A stretch of 64,000 bases of DNA from Caldilineaceae bacterium (GCA_965221145.1 OZ244877.1:2002743-2066742), one strand, 5' to 3'. Numbered from the stretch's first letter, positions 27,572 through 40,170 are shown. Notes: generated by a model from the sequence alone, not told the origin. Numbers and translations: made by a program.

Positions 27572-30418
27572 CTAACTGTCTCCACTTGCCAAATTTAACG
27601 CCAACAAAGCCCCAAGCGCATCCTCCTCCGAAATATCGGCCTCCCACCCATACGCCGCCGCCACCGCCGCGTCCAGAACTGCGTGCGCATCCGCCAACCA
27701 CTGCGGACGCGCATTGTACAAATTCGTCAGCGTCCTTGCCTTCAGCGCCTTCGCCGCCGCCTCGTCACGCGCAACCGCCCGCTTCGGATACACCGCCACC
27801 GGCTCCTCCACCCACACCACCCATTCCGGCGGATTCAGCCAGCGGTCCCGCAGTTCCACCAGCCGCCGCGCCGCCTCCGCAATCGCCACCGCATGCACAT
27901 CCTTCGCATAGTCATCAGCAGGAATGTCGGGAGACAACCCTTGCGGGAAGGGGAACGTCTGAAATGTCGTGGTCGGCGTGTAGCGTGGATCATTGCCTTG
28001 CCCAAGCCATGTGCAGAGCCGCAGCGACCACGCCTCATGAAAGCGGCTGTGCAGGATGCCGAACGTCGTGTCGTCGTCGCGGGCGATGACGATCAATTGG
28101 CAATCAGGGCAGACACGAGGGTCACACCAAATGAAGAGCCGATACTTCGCAACACGCGGTGTGACGATAAATCGCGACAGACCGTTAAGTCTTTGCCATG
28201 TTTTGGGCCCAGGTGTTGCGTGCCGATACCAGAATCTCGCCCGACTTCTGTTGCGACCGCTCAGACGCATCGGTTTAACATGCTCGTCGATGTGGGCGAA
28301 CGGAGCTTCATAAAATGCCGTTTCGGACTCCTCCATCTCAAAGCCAAAGTCGATAATCCACTTGCCAGACGGGCGGCGGGTCAAATCCATGCCGTTCACC
28401 CAAGGCTTGAGGACATCGGAGTTTGGCCTTCCATTTGGATTGGCCGGAAGCCGAAGCCATGCCCGGGCCAATTCCCCTGGGATATCGAACGGGCCATTCT
28501 TTTTGTCACCCATGAACGCTGCGTTCCGATTGCGAGGCAGCTTCTGGGCCAGTGTCAGGTCGGCAGCCTCTGAAGTCAGATCAGCGTTTATGCGAGGCAC
28601 TGATTTTCCATTCAAGTGTGTGGGCAAACCTGCGTCCATGGAAGCAAAGCAAACCAGCGATACCCGCACCGCTGCGCCATCAACCACCCATGGTTCGTCC
28701 GACCAGGCATCGTAGATCAAGCTGTCTTCTACGATGTGGCCTAACACCGCGCGGCTGCGCCCGCCGCGGATCGAATTGGTAGCGACGAGGCCGGCACGGG
28801 CAATCTTGCATTCTGCGACCAGCCGCGCCGCCTTGTCGAACCAGTAACAGACCAAGTCGGCATCTCCGTCAATGCGCGCACCGTAGCGATTCCGCAAAGT
28901 CTCGAAATAAGAATCGCCCAAACTGCGCCTCAGAATCGTGCCCCCCAGAAAGGGCGGATTGCCGATCACCACATCCGCCTCCGGCCACTCCGGTTCCCCC
29001 CCGTCCGCCGCCAATATCGCATCGCGGCACTCAATCGTGTCCAGCGGCTCCAGGATCGGATCGCGCGCCCCGCTGAATCCATTCCGACGCATCCACTGGA
29101 TCTCCCCAATCCATACCGACACCCGCGCCAGTTCAGCCGCATATGGGTTGATCTCGATCCCCTTCACATTCGCCGGGCCGACCGCCGGAAACGCCCGCTG
29201 CAAGCCCATCGACTCCGCCTCCAGCTGCACCCGGTGCTCTACGTCCTTCAGCGCATGAAGCGCCAGATAGAGGAAGTTCCCCGACCCGCACGCCGGATCC
29301 AGCACTGTGAAAGCCCGTAGCCTTTCGAGGAAATTTCGCAGTGTGCTCTCTGCACGACCGCGCTGTCGCGTTCGTCCGGCGCTCGTCGCCGCCACGTCCG
29401 CCCGCTCCAGCCGCAGCGAGATTTCGGCTCTTGTCCGCTCCCACTCTCTTAGCCACGGGCGCATCACCACCGGCTCGATGATCTGCATGATCTTGTCGCG
29501 GTCGGTGTAATGCGCGCCCAACTGCGAACGTTTGGCCGGGTCCAGCCCGCGCTCGAACAGCGTGCCCAGGATCGACGGGTCGATCTCCGACCAGTCCAGC
29601 GCGGCCGCCTTGAGTGTCGTCTCGATCTCGCTCCGCTCCAGTGGCAGCGCGTCATCGCTGTCGAACAACCCGCCGTTGAACCAGGCCACCGTCTCAAACC
29701 CGACCCGTCCCCCCGTCGCCATCGTTCCGAACAGCTCGCCCGCCATCGCCGCGAAATCCTGCGGCCGCCGCCGGGCGTGTTCCAACATGCGCGTGAACAT
29801 TTCGTTCGGCAGCAGACCCACATCCTCGGCGAACATGCAGAAGACCAGCCGGTTGACGAAGTGCGCCACCGCCTGCGGGTCGTGGCCGCGCGCCCGCAGC
29901 GCCTGCGCCAACGCCGCGAAGGCCCTCGCAGCCCGCTCGGTCAGCGCCTGGCGGCTCTCCCCCGGACGCAGCCGCTCCGGGTCCGACATCGCCCACTTGA
30001 GCTTGTCGCGCACCGCCGCGTCCGCCAGCTCTTTCAGCGTAAACTCGTGCCTCTCGCTTACGCTGTTGGTCCAGTTGGTGTAGATGCGGAAGCGCGCCAT
30101 GTCGGAGACCACCAGCAGCGGCGGGTTCTCCAGCGCCAGCGCGTATTGGCGCAACTGGTTGAACGCCGCGTCCAGGTCCTTGTGCTTGCCCTTGTACTCC
30201 CACGCGAAGCAGTGCCGCCTCCACACGTCCGCCCAGCCGGAGCCTCCCGTGTCCTTGCGCGCGCCGCGCTCAAAGCAGTAGCGTTCGCCGGTCGGGTCCT
30301 CCTCCGCCGGTGTCGGCTCGCCCAGCAACCGGCACAGGTCGATGAAATGCTCCTGCGCCGCCGAACGCTCCTTCAACTCCGAAGCCCGCCACTTGGCGAT
30401 AAACTCCTGCGCTCTCAT
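27572..30418 (-). CDS. MmeI-family type IIL (IIG) restriction-modification enzyme: fused PD-(D/E)XK nuclease, N6-adenine methyltransferase and target-recognition region
   Basis: Start at MRAQEFIAKW (ATG 30418, GAGGAG RBS). N-terminal D-X9-E-X-K (WADVWRRHCFAWEYKGK), SAM motif I VLDPACGSGNFL, catalytic motif IV VIGNPPFLGG. 948 aa. No pglZ or brx genes nearby. Confidence 0.8.
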   Translation of the reverse strand: MRAQEFIAKWRASELKERSAAQEHFIDLCRLLGEPTPAEEDPTGERYCFERGARKDTGGSGWADVWRRHCFAWEYKGKHKDLDAAFNQLRQYALALENPPLLVVSDMARFRIYTNWTNSVSERHEFTLKELADAAVRDKLKWAMSDPERLRPGESRQALTERAARAFAALAQALRARGHDPQAVAHFVNRLVFCMFAEDVGLLPNEMFTRMLEHARRRPQDFAAMAGELFGTMATGGRVGFETVAWFNGGLFDSDDALPLERSEIETTLKAAALDWSEIDPSILGTLFERGLDPAKRSQLGAHYTDRDKIMQIIEPVVMRPWLREWERTRAEISLRLERADVAATSAGRTRQRGRAESTLRNFLERLRAFTVLDPACGSGNFLYLALHALKDVEHRVQLEAESMGLQRAFPAVGPANVKGIEINPYAAELARVSVWIGEIQWMRRNGFSGARDPILEPLDTIECRDAILAADGGEPEWPEADVVIGNPPFLGGTILRRSLGDSYFETLRNRYGARIDGDADLVCYWFDKAARLVAECKIARAGLVATNSIRGGRSRAVLGHIVEDSLIYDAWSDEPWVVDGAAVRVSLVCFASMDAGLPTHLNGKSVPRINADLTSEAADLTLAQKLPRNRNAAFMGDKKNGPFDIPGELARAWLRLPANPNGRPNSDVLKPWVNGMDLTRRPSGKWIIDFGFEMEESETAFYEAPFAHIDEHVKPMRLSGRNRSRARFWYRHATPGPKTWQRLNGLSRFIVTPRVAKYRLFIWCDPRVCPDCQLIVIARDDDTTFGILHSRFHEAWSLRLCTWLGQGNDPRYTPTTTFQTFPFPQGLSPDIPADDYAKDVHAVAIAEAARRLVELRDRWLNPPEWVVWVEEPVAVYPKRAVARDEAAAKALKARTLTNLYNARPQWLADAHAVLDAAVAAAYGWEADISEEDALGALLALNLASGDS

Positions 30419-30740
30419 CTCCTCACCAACAACCCTCCGCCCCAACCGGGGCCGTTGAACCAACCTTGCTCGCATCCAGTCTATCCCAACCGGCGCGGCC
30501 AGCCAATCCCTGCGTGGCAGAAGGCACATCTCACTCCGTGCTTGCCCTCCTGCGCGTGCATCCCGGAACTGGAGTTACCCCCCCGCAGTCGCCCATGCCT
30601 CTATCCTTCGTTCCGGCCTGAGGCGACCGCATCTACCGCGCATTTGCCGAAGGCCGGACCCCTTCGTGTCCTTCGTGGATCGCTTCGTAGTTGACCGTAG
30701 GCAATGGAACCTTCCGCTTCAACGGACCACCCCCATATTG

Positions 30741-32022
30741 GGATGCACCCTTCGCCTGCAAACCCCGCGCGCCACCAAATGGCTGCATCCGAAATGATTG
30801 GGTCATTGCGATCTGCCCTTTCAACCGACGAATTTGAAGGTTTCTTGTATTGGCGTTGGCAATAAAAGCCTCTCCGCCAAAAAAATTTCAAAATAGATCC
30901 ACGGAACAAGAATCGGCCCGTCGTCTGTTATCCTGACAATCCTTTTATCCTGAAAATCCTGATTCAGACAACGTTCGCCCAACAATCCTGGATGCACCCC
31001 GAAGGCCGCCGGGTGCATCCCAAATGATTGGGTCGTTGCGATCTGCCCTTTCAACCTTCAAGAAAGATCCACGGAACCAGAATCGGCCCGTCGTCTGTTA
31101 TCCTGCTGAATCCACAAATCCTGAAAATCCTGATTCAGACAACGTTCGCCCTAAAATCCTGGATGCACCCCGAAGGCCGCCGGGTGCATCCCAAATGATT
31201 GGGTCGTTGCGATCTGCCCTTTCAACCTTCAAAATAGATCCACGGAACCAGAATCGGTCCGTCGTCTGTAATCCTGCTGAATCCACAAATCCTGAAAATC
31301 CTGATTCAGACAACGTTCGCCCAACAATCCTGGATGCACCCCGAAGGCCGCCGGGTGCATCCCAAATGATTGGGTCGTTGCGATCTGCCCTTTCAACCTT
31401 CAAAATAGATCCACGGAACCAGAATCGGTCCGTCGTCTGTAATCCTGCTGAATCCACAAATCCTGAAAATCCTGATTCAGACAACGTTCGCCCAACAATC
31501 CTGGATGCACCCCGAAGGCCGCCGGGTGCATCCCAAAAGATTGGGTCGTAGCGATCTGCCCTTTCAACCTTCAAAATAGATCCACGGAACAAGAATCGGC
31601 CCGTCGTCTGTTATCCTGCTGAATCCACACATCCTGAAAATCCTGATTCAGACAACGTTCGCCCAAAAATCCTGGATGCACCCCGAAGGCCGCCGGGTGC
31701 ATCCCAAATGATTGGGTCGTTGCGATCTGCCCTTTCAACCTTCAAAATAGATCCACGGAACAAGAATCGGTCCGTCGTCTGTAATCCTGCTGAATCCACA
31801 AATCCTGAAAATCCTGATTCAGACAACGTTCGCCCAAAAATCCTGGATGCACCCCGAAGGCCGCCGGGTGCATCCCAAATGATTGGGTCGTTGCGATCTG
31901 CCCTTTCAACCTTCAAAATAGATCCACGGAACAAGAATCGGCCCGTCGTCTGTTATCCTGAAAATCCTGATTCAGACAACGTTCGCCCAAAAATCCTGCA
32001 AACGCCACGCGCCACCAAATTG
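30741..32022. repeat. Tandem array of a ~171-bp unit (one long variant unit, five full units and one partial unit)
   Basis: CAAATGATTGGGTC recurs at 31022, 31192, 31363, 31534 (variant), 31705 and 31876. Each unit carries the hairpin GGATGCACCC-cgaaggccgcc-GGGTGCATCC (e.g. 30990-31020, 31161-31191) and the core AATCCTGAAAATCCTGATTCAGACAACGTTCGCCC. Both strands are open by repetition, so it is probably non-coding. Confidence 0.9.
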
Positions 32023-32672
32023 GAGTATGGTATAATAAGAGGCAGCGGTCCAAAAGACCCGAAACCCGGAACAGGGGACAGCCCACCGGCGCTTCCGCCA
32101 TCGGCCTTGCGTCACACGGGATTTCACCTGTAACCTGGCCCTCTCGCCTGCCCTTACGCAATACGGATTACGCAATTCAGGAAAAACAGGTTCTCAATCT
32201 GAACGCACATCTGTACAGTTGAAGGGGGGGGCTTAAACGGCAAACATGGCAGCCGCGGCGCAGTCGGAAAAAGACGTTCAGCCGCCTGCCCCGCATGACA
32301 GTCGATTTCGTATAGACAACACTATTTTTCGTATAGTAATCGAAAGGGGGGGGGGTAAAGCGGACAAAGCGGACATTTTTACTAAATGTTTAGTCAATTC
32401 CCATCCCAATGCCCCGGCCTGCGAAAAGAGCAAATCGCGCTCTTTTCGCCCCCCGCTGCACCGGTTTCCCGCAAATGTCTCGGACCTCCGCCCGCCAGTC
32501 TGGACCGCACAAACCACTTGACCGGTCATCAAACAAAAAGGTCAATTGAGAGTGCAGACATTCCCGTAGCGCCGCGCCGCCCGTCAACATCTATCCAGGC
32601 GCCCGCCGTCCAGCAGATTCCATCTCTGGAAGGCGCTGCCATAGAACAGCCCTGCTCCCGAAAGAAGCTCAC

Positions 32673-33845
32673 ATGAATTCGCCCGTTACCGACCCATTCC
32701 AATTCGACGACCTCCTCACTTCAGCCCAACGCAGCCTGCGCGACCAGGTGCGCGCCTACATGGAGACCGCCGTCAAGCCAGCCATCAACGACTACTGGGA
32801 GCGCGGCGAAATCGCCCTCGACCTGGCGCTCGGCCTGCGCGACCTGCCGATCGTGGGCGGGACGCAGCGCGGCTACGGCTGCGCCGCGCTGGACACAGTG
32901 AGCGACGGCTTGGTCAAGTACGAGATATGCCGCGTCGACGGCTCAATCAGCACCCTTTTCGGCGTCCACTCCGGCCTGGCGATAGGTTCAATTGGGATGC
33001 TTGGTTCGGAGGAGCAGAAGCGGCGCTGGCTGCCCGACATGGCGCGCATGGAAAGGCTCGGCGCGTTCGCCCTCACCGAGCCGCAACGAGGATCCGACGC
33101 GGCCCACGTACAGACGACCGCCCGCCGCGTCGGCCAACAGTACGTCCTCAACGGCCACAAACGCTGGATCGGCAACGGCACAATCGCCGACCTGCTGATC
33201 ATCTGGGCGCGCGACGAGAGCGGGCGCTTCGGCGGCTTCGTGCTGGAAGACCCGGCGCAACAGCCCGGCTTCACCGCCACCGCCATGACCGGCAAAATCT
33301 CCAAGCGCGCCGTGCATCAGGCCGAAATCAAGCTCGAGGATGTCCACGTCCCCGCAGCCAACCGCCTCGAGAACTGCAACAGCTTCCGCGATCTGACCAA
33401 AGTGCTTGCCAATACACGCGCCGGCGTGGCCTGGGAAGCGGTCGGCCTCGCGGCCGGCTGCTACGAGATCGCCCTGCAATACGCCTGCCAGCGCGAACAG
33501 TTCGGCAAACCGATCGCCGCCTTCCAGCTGATCCAAGCCAAGCTGGTCGAAATGGCGTCCGATCTGGTGCAAACACAACTGCTCGTCTGGCGGCTGGCCC
33601 AGTTGATGGAAGAGGGCGCGGTCACCTCCGGTCAACTCTCGCTGGCCAAGCAGACCTGCGCGGCCAAGGCCCGCCGCGCGGCCGCCCTGGCGCGTGAGAT
33701 CCTCGGCGGCAACGGCATCCTGCTCGACAACCACGCTGCCCGCCTCTTCACTGACGCCGAAGCCACCTACACCTACGAAGGCACCAACGAGATCAACCTG
33801 CTCATCGCCGGCCGCGAAATCACCGGCATCGGCGCGTTCGTCTAA
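32673..33845 (+). CDS. Acyl-CoA dehydrogenase (glutaryl-CoA dehydrogenase-like)
   Basis: 390 aa. LGAFALTEPQRGSDA, WIGNGTIADLLIIWA, and C-terminal TYEGTNEINLLIAGREITG. Confidence 0.8.
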   Translation: MNSPVTDPFQFDDLLTSAQRSLRDQVRAYMETAVKPAINDYWERGEIALDLALGLRDLPIVGGTQRGYGCAALDTVSDGLVKYEICRVDGSISTLFGVHSGLAIGSIGMLGSEEQKRRWLPDMARMERLGAFALTEPQRGSDAAHVQTTARRVGQQYVLNGHKRWIGNGTIADLLIIWARDESGRFGGFVLEDPAQQPGFTATAMTGKISKRAVHQAEIKLEDVHVPAANRLENCNSFRDLTKVLANTRAGVAWEAVGLAAGCYEIALQYACQREQFGKPIAAFQLIQAKLVEMASDLVQTQLLVWRLAQLMEEGAVTSGQLSLAKQTCAAKARRAAALAREILGGNGILLDNHAARLFTDAEATYTYEGTNEINLLIAGREITGIGAFV

Positions 33846-34053
33846 CGATTCCCATTGTCAAGCCCGTTCGACACCACGACCCTTTCCTCCACGAATCCAA
33901 TGGAAACGCAATCGGCTCAAGAGCGCTTACGAAATACGAAATACGCAAACATAAGAAGATTGACCAATGCCAGCACAGACACTACAATTTCCCCTGGAGC
34001 GCCCCCACCCCAGCGCCCTCGATCGGCATAGCCCATTTGCAAGGAGCCATCGT

Positions 34054-35676
<1,623 letters not shown>

Positions 35677-35687
35677 GGGATGTCCTA

Positions 35688-36581
35688 TCAATTCGCGGCG
35701 TCCCACGCCTGTCTTAACAACTGAATACTCTTGGGCACAGCCGTGACGGCCTCTTCCGCGCCCTCCATCTCGATCGAACAGTAGCCGCGCCAGCCCGCGT
35801 CCAGCAGTATGCGGAAGACACGGGCATAATCGAGATCGAGCGTATACCACGAGCCGCCGCCGGGGTATGTCTTGGCATGGGCCAGGCGCACGTGGGGCGC
35901 AATGCGCTCCATCGCCGCGTACATATCCTCTTCAAAGATGAAGTTGCCCATATCGAGGATCGCTTGCAGCCAGGGCGAGTCGATCGCTTCGATGATGCGG
36001 GCCATATCCTGCGCGAATGTGGTCAGCCCCCAGTGGTTCTCCAGCAGCAGTAGCACGCCCCGCTGCTCCGCCCGCGGCAGACAGCGCTCAATCGCGTCGA
36101 TCACCCAACCGAAGGCGTCGTCCATCGTGTAGCCTTCCCACGGCTCCACCCAGCCTTTGGCCTTGATCAGATCGTCGAAGCTGCCCTGCTTGCGGAAGCC
36201 GCCGGAGTTGACCCGGATCGACGGAATGCCCATCTCGTGCGCCAAATCAATGCAGCGCAGCGTGTGGTCGATATGCTGTTGGCGCACGTCCGCGTCGTCG
36301 TGGACAAAGTCCTGGTGGATCGACAGGTTGTAGAGATCCAGCCCCAGCGTGAAGGCTTGCCGCTTGAGCTTCTGAATGTACGCGTTCTCTTCCGATTCCA
36401 TCTGCCGGTGCAGGATCTCGACCCCGCTAAGCCCCAGCTCCGCCGCCGCGTCAAGCACGCTTTCGATGGGCGTTTTCTGCTCGGTGAAATGCCAATAAGA
36501 ATAGGTCGACGTACCCAGGCGCAGGCTGCTGCCTTGGGCGATGCTCCCGTTGTTCCTTGACACGCTCTGGGCAACTGTCAT
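35688..36581 (-). CDS. Sugar phosphate isomerase/epimerase (xylose-isomerase-like TIM barrel)
   Basis: 297 aa with the typical LGLSGVEI..., IRVNSGG..., LLLENHWG..., HAKTY pattern. Confidence 0.6.
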   Translation of the reverse strand: MTVAQSVSRNNGSIAQGSSLRLGTSTYSYWHFTEQKTPIESVLDAAAELGLSGVEILHRQMESEENAYIQKLKRQAFTLGLDLYNLSIHQDFVHDDADVRQQHIDHTLRCIDLAHEMGIPSIRVNSGGFRKQGSFDDLIKAKGWVEPWEGYTMDDAFGWVIDAIERCLPRAEQRGVLLLLENHWGLTTFAQDMARIIEAIDSPWLQAILDMGNFIFEEDMYAAMERIAPHVRLAHAKTYPGGGSWYTLDLDYARVFRILLDAGWRGYCSIEMEGAEEAVTAVPKSIQLLRQAWDAAN

Positions 36582-36632
36582 GGGTCTCCTCCTGCGAAAC
36601 TGTCAATGCCATATGGGCCGCTAAGAGGGCGC

Positions 36633-38342
36633 TCAGGCGTCGGTCACGCATCCCTCCGAGGCGTTCGAAACCGTCCTGATGTACTTCCAGAGGACGCCGC
36701 TCTTGGCTTTATACTCCGGCGCGCTCCAAGCGGCGCGGCGGCGCTCAATCTCATCTGCCGCGATCTCCAGCGTGAGCGCGTTGTTCTCGGCGTCGATCGT
36801 GATCGTGTCCCCGCTTTGCGCCAGCGCCAGCAAGCCGCCTTCCTGGGCCTCCGGCGTGATGTGGCCGACCACAAAGCCGTGGCTACCGCCAGAGAAGCGC
36901 CCATCGGTAATCAGCGCAACATCCTTGCCCAGACCCTTGCCCATGATCGCCGCGGTGATGCTCAGCATCTCCCGCATCCCAGGGCCTCCCTTCGGCCCCT
37001 CATAGCGAATGACGACGACGTTGCCCGGCAGCACCTCGTTGCTCTCGATCCCCGCCAGGCAGTCCTCCTCGGAGTCATAGCAGACGGCCGGGCCGCTGAA
37101 AAGGATGCCCTCCTTGCCGGTGATCTTGGCCACCGCGCCGGTCTCAGCCAGGTTGCCGTAGAGGATCTGCAAGTGCCCGGTCTCCTTGATCGGATCGCCC
37201 ACAGGCATGATGATCTTCTGCCCCTCACTCAGGTCGGGGACATCAACCAGATTTTCCGCCAGCGTCTTGCCGGTGACGGTCATGCAGTCGCCGTGCAGAA
37301 AGCCCTCCCGCAGCAGCATCTTCTGCACCGCCGGCACGCCGCCCACTTCGTACAGATCTTCCATCACGAACTGACCGCTGGGCTTCAGGTCGGCCAGCAG
37401 GGGCGTGCGGTCGGAGATCTCCTGGAAATCGTCGATAGACAGCTGCGCGTCTGTCGCCTTGGCGATCGCTATCAGATGCAACACGGCGTTTGTGGAACCG
37501 CCGAGAACAATGGTGACGGTGATGGCGTTCTCGAACGCCTCGCGCGTCAGAATATCCTGCGGCTTCAGGTCCATCTCCAGCAGATTGCGGATCGCCGCGC
37601 CCGCTTCAATGCACTCCTCCAATTTGTCCTCGCTCGTGGCCGGATAGGAGGAACTGTAGGGCAGACTCATCCCCAGCGTCTCAATCGCCGAGGCCATCGT
37701 ATTGGCCGTATACATCCCGCCGCACGCGCCCGCGCCGGGGCAGGCGTTGCGTAGCACCTCCTTCATCTGCTCCTCGTCAATGTCAGCCGCCAAATATTGC
37801 CCATAGGCTTCAAAGGCGGAGATGATGTCCAGCTTCTGCTCTTCCCCGTTTTCCGGCAGCTGCAAATGGCCGGGGCGGATCGTCCCCCCGTAGACCATCA
37901 GACTGGGGCGGTTGAGGCGGGCCATCGCCATCAGCACGCCGGGCATATTCTTGTCGCAGCCGGGCAGCGAAACGTTGGCGTCATACCACTGGGCGCGCAT
38001 AACCGCCTCAATCGAGTCCGCGATGATGTCGCGGCTCAGTAGCGACAGCTTCATCCCCGCCGTGCCCATCGAGATGCCGTCGCTCACGCCGATGGTGTGG
38101 AAGATCAGGCCGACCTGTCCAGCATCCTCCACGCCCTGCTTCACGCGCCGCGCCAGCGCGTTCAAGTGCATGTTGCAGGTGTTGCCTTCCCATCCCATCG
38201 AAGCGATGCCCACTTGGGGTTTATGCATATCCTCGTCGCTCAGACCCACGCCGTAGAGCATCGCCTGCGAGCCGACCTGAGAGATCGTCTGCGTAAGTAC
38301 GCTGCTGTACTTATTGAGTTTGTGATTGGTTGTCACTGCCAT
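36633..38342 (-). CDS. ilvD: Dihydroxy-acid dehydratase
   Basis: Start at [14 protein letters not shown] (ATG 38342). [24 protein letters not shown], and [23 protein letters not shown]. Confidence 0.92.
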   Translation of the reverse strand: MAVTTNHKLNKYSSVLTQTISQVGSQAMLYGVGLSDEDMHKPQVGIASMGWEGNTCNMHLNALARRVKQGVEDAGQVGLIFHTIGVSDGISMGTAGMKLSLLSRDIIADSIEAVMRAQWYDANVSLPGCDKNMPGVLMAMARLNRPSLMVYGGTIRPGHLQLPENGEEQKLDIISAFEAYGQYLAADIDEEQMKEVLRNACPGAGACGGMYTANTMASAIETLGMSLPYSSSYPATSEDKLEECIEAGAAIRNLLEMDLKPQDILTREAFENAITVTIVLGGSTNAVLHLIAIAKATDAQLSIDDFQEISDRTPLLADLKPSGQFVMEDLYEVGGVPAVQKMLLREGFLHGDCMTVTGKTLAENLVDVPDLSEGQKIIMPVGDPIKETGHLQILYGNLAETGAVAKITGKEGILFSGPAVCYDSEEDCLAGIESNEVLPGNVVVIRYEGPKGGPGMREMLSITAAIMGKGLGKDVALITDGRFSGGSHGFVVGHITPEAQEGGLLALAQSGDTITIDAENNALTLEIAADEIERRRAAWSAPEYKAKSGVLWKYIRTVSNASEGCVTDA

Positions 38343-38463
38343 GAGATTCTCTTTCCTCTTGAAAAGATGGTTGGCCCGCGTTGTCATGTCGCCGCAGAGC
38401 AACGCCTGCTTTCTCTTGCCCGACCCACCTCTGAACTTATCTGGCCCTGGGAAGCTCTGCGCT

Positions 38464-40170
38464 CTAACGGCTCCCTACATGAATCGGCGTCTCTCGCGCA
38501 ACGTCTTGGCCCGGTGACATCGTTGGCCTATTGCTTTCCGTGTTGCTTGCTGTCGTATCAACTCCTTCGAGCTGGTCACAGGTGAGCAAGAAATACTCGA
38601 CCGCATCGAAGATCGCTGTCCAACTTGCTTGGATGATATTCGTGCTGGCCCCGACCGTAGTCCAGTTGCGAACCCCGTCCGAACTAGTGATAAGCACGCG
38701 CACAGACGCGCCGGTGCCCTGATCGCTGTTGAGGATACGCACCTTGTAGTCCAGTAGATGCAAGCGGTCAAGCTGGGGAAAGTGGTGCTGAATAGCCTTG
38801 CGAAGCGCCAACATCAGCGCATTGACCGGTCCGTTGCCCTCCGCCACCTCGTGGTAAATCCGCTCACCCACCTCGACCTTGACGGTCGCCTCCGACGAAA
38901 GTACACGCCCGGCCCGGTTCGCCACCTCCGCCGTGTAGTCGATAAGCGAGAAGCTGGGGCGATACCCTTCCCCCGAGCAGCGCAACATCAGATCGACACT
39001 GGCCTCGGCGCTCCCAAACGCGAACCCGATATTTTCCAGTTCCTTGATCTGCTGGAGCACGGCGCGCTCCTTCTCCCGTGACAGCCCCTCAACGCCAAAC
39101 TCATCCGCCTTGATGGTGATGTTGTCCTTGCCGCTCAGTTCGCTGACCAGCACGCGGGTCTGGTTGCCGATCAACTCCGGCTCAATATGTTGATAGCTGT
39201 CTACGTTCTTCAGAACGGCGTTGGCATCCGTGCCGCCCTTGTGTGCGAAGGCGCTCTGGCCGACAAACGGCTGGTGCGTACTGGGCCGCAGATTCGCCAG
39301 TTCGTTGACATAGTGGCTGAGGTCGGTCAAGTAGCCCATCTTCAACTGCATGTTGGCGATGATGCTCACGAGATTGGCGTTGCCGCAACGCTCGCCGTAG
39401 CCGTTGATCGTGCCCTGGACATGCGTACAGCCATTGCGGATCGCCTCCAGTGAATTGGCGACTGCAGTGTCGCTGTCGTTGTGTGTGTGGATGCCCAGCA
39501 TGACCCCGCCACCCCGTAGCCGCGCGTCCTCCGCTCCGCCATTGCCGTTTTCACCAGATTGGGCCTCTCCGCCGACCCGTTCGCGGCGCACGGTGCGAAC
39601 GATCTCGCCGATCTCCCAGACGAGATTGCCCCCGTTGGTATCACAGAGGACGATGCAGGATGCGCCGCCGGCTATCGCCTCTCTCAGCGTTGCCAGAGCA
39701 TAGTCCGGGCTATCCTTGAAGCTGTCGAAGAAATGCTCGGCATCGTAGATCACCTCTTTGCCGTGCGATGCCAGATAGGCAACCGACGCGCGGATCATGC
39801 GCAGATTCTCTTCCGGCGTAGTCTGCAAGACATCACGCACGTGCAGATCCCAACTCTTGCCGAACAGGGAAATCACCGGTGTTTTGGCTTCCAGCAGTAG
39901 TTGAATCTGCGGGTCATCTTCTGGCTCCGTATCCCGCTTACAGGTCGAGCCGAAAGCCGTAAGCCGCGCCCGTTTCAGCTTCAGTTCCCGCCCCGCCCGG
40001 TCAAAGAACTCCATGTCTTTCGGATTGGAGCCGGGCCAGCCGCCCTCGATATAGTCCACGCCAAACTCATCCAATCGAGCGGCGATGCGTAGTTTGTCGT
40101 CGCAACTGAACGAGACACCTTCAGCCTGCGCGCCATCACGCAATGTCGTATCGAATATCTGAATCTTCAC
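38464..40170 (-). CDS. cimA: Citramalate synthase (LeuA-family, CimA type)
   Basis: GTG start with an AGGAAAG RBS. (M)[71 protein letters not shown]. Carries a Gly/Glu-rich insert ([27 protein letters not shown]). Confidence 0.75.
   Translation of the reverse strand: MKIQIFDTTLRDGAQAEGVSFSCDDKLRIAARLDEFGVDYIEGGWPGSNPKDMEFFDRAGRELKLKRARLTAFGSTCKRDTEPEDDPQIQLLLEAKTPVISLFGKSWDLHVRDVLQTTPEENLRMIRASVAYLASHGKEVIYDAEHFFDSFKDSPDYALATLREAIAGGASCIVLCDTNGGNLVWEIGEIVRTVRRERVGGEAQSGENGNGGAEDARLRGGGVMLGIHTHNDSDTAVANSLEAIRNGCTHVQGTINGYGERCGNANLVSIIANMQLKMGYLTDLSHYVNELANLRPSTHQPFVGQSAFAHKGGTDANAVLKNVDSYQHIEPELIGNQTRVLVSELSGKDNITIKADEFGVEGLSREKERAVLQQIKELENIGFAFGSAEASVDLMLRCSGEGYRPSFSLIDYTAEVANRAGRVLSSEATVKVEVGERIYHEVAEGNGPVNALMLALRKAIQHHFPQLDRLHLLDYKVRILNSDQGTGASVRVLITSSDGVRNWTTVGASTNIIQASWTAIFDAVEYFLLTCDQLEGVDTTASNTESNRPTMSPGQDVARETPIHVGSR

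Noticed and set aside
24097-28089. Gly-rich minus ORFs (24097-24438, 25086-25403) and Pro-rich plus ORFs (25129-25584, 27433-28089)
   Set aside because: These are alternative-frame or antisense readings of the repeated methyltransferase-tail DNA. They are low complexity with no start signals.
27572-30418. Possibility that the 948-aa methyltransferase is a BREX PglX
   Set aside because: No pglZ, brxA/B/C/L or other BREX genes are in the window. The N-terminal D-X9-EXK nuclease motif fits stand-alone MmeI-type enzymes better.
31024-31934. ORFs of 107-175 aa on both strands inside the 171-bp tandem array
   Set aside because: The open frames result from the repeat periodicity (171 = 57 x 3). 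The identical peptide blocks on both strands argue against coding.
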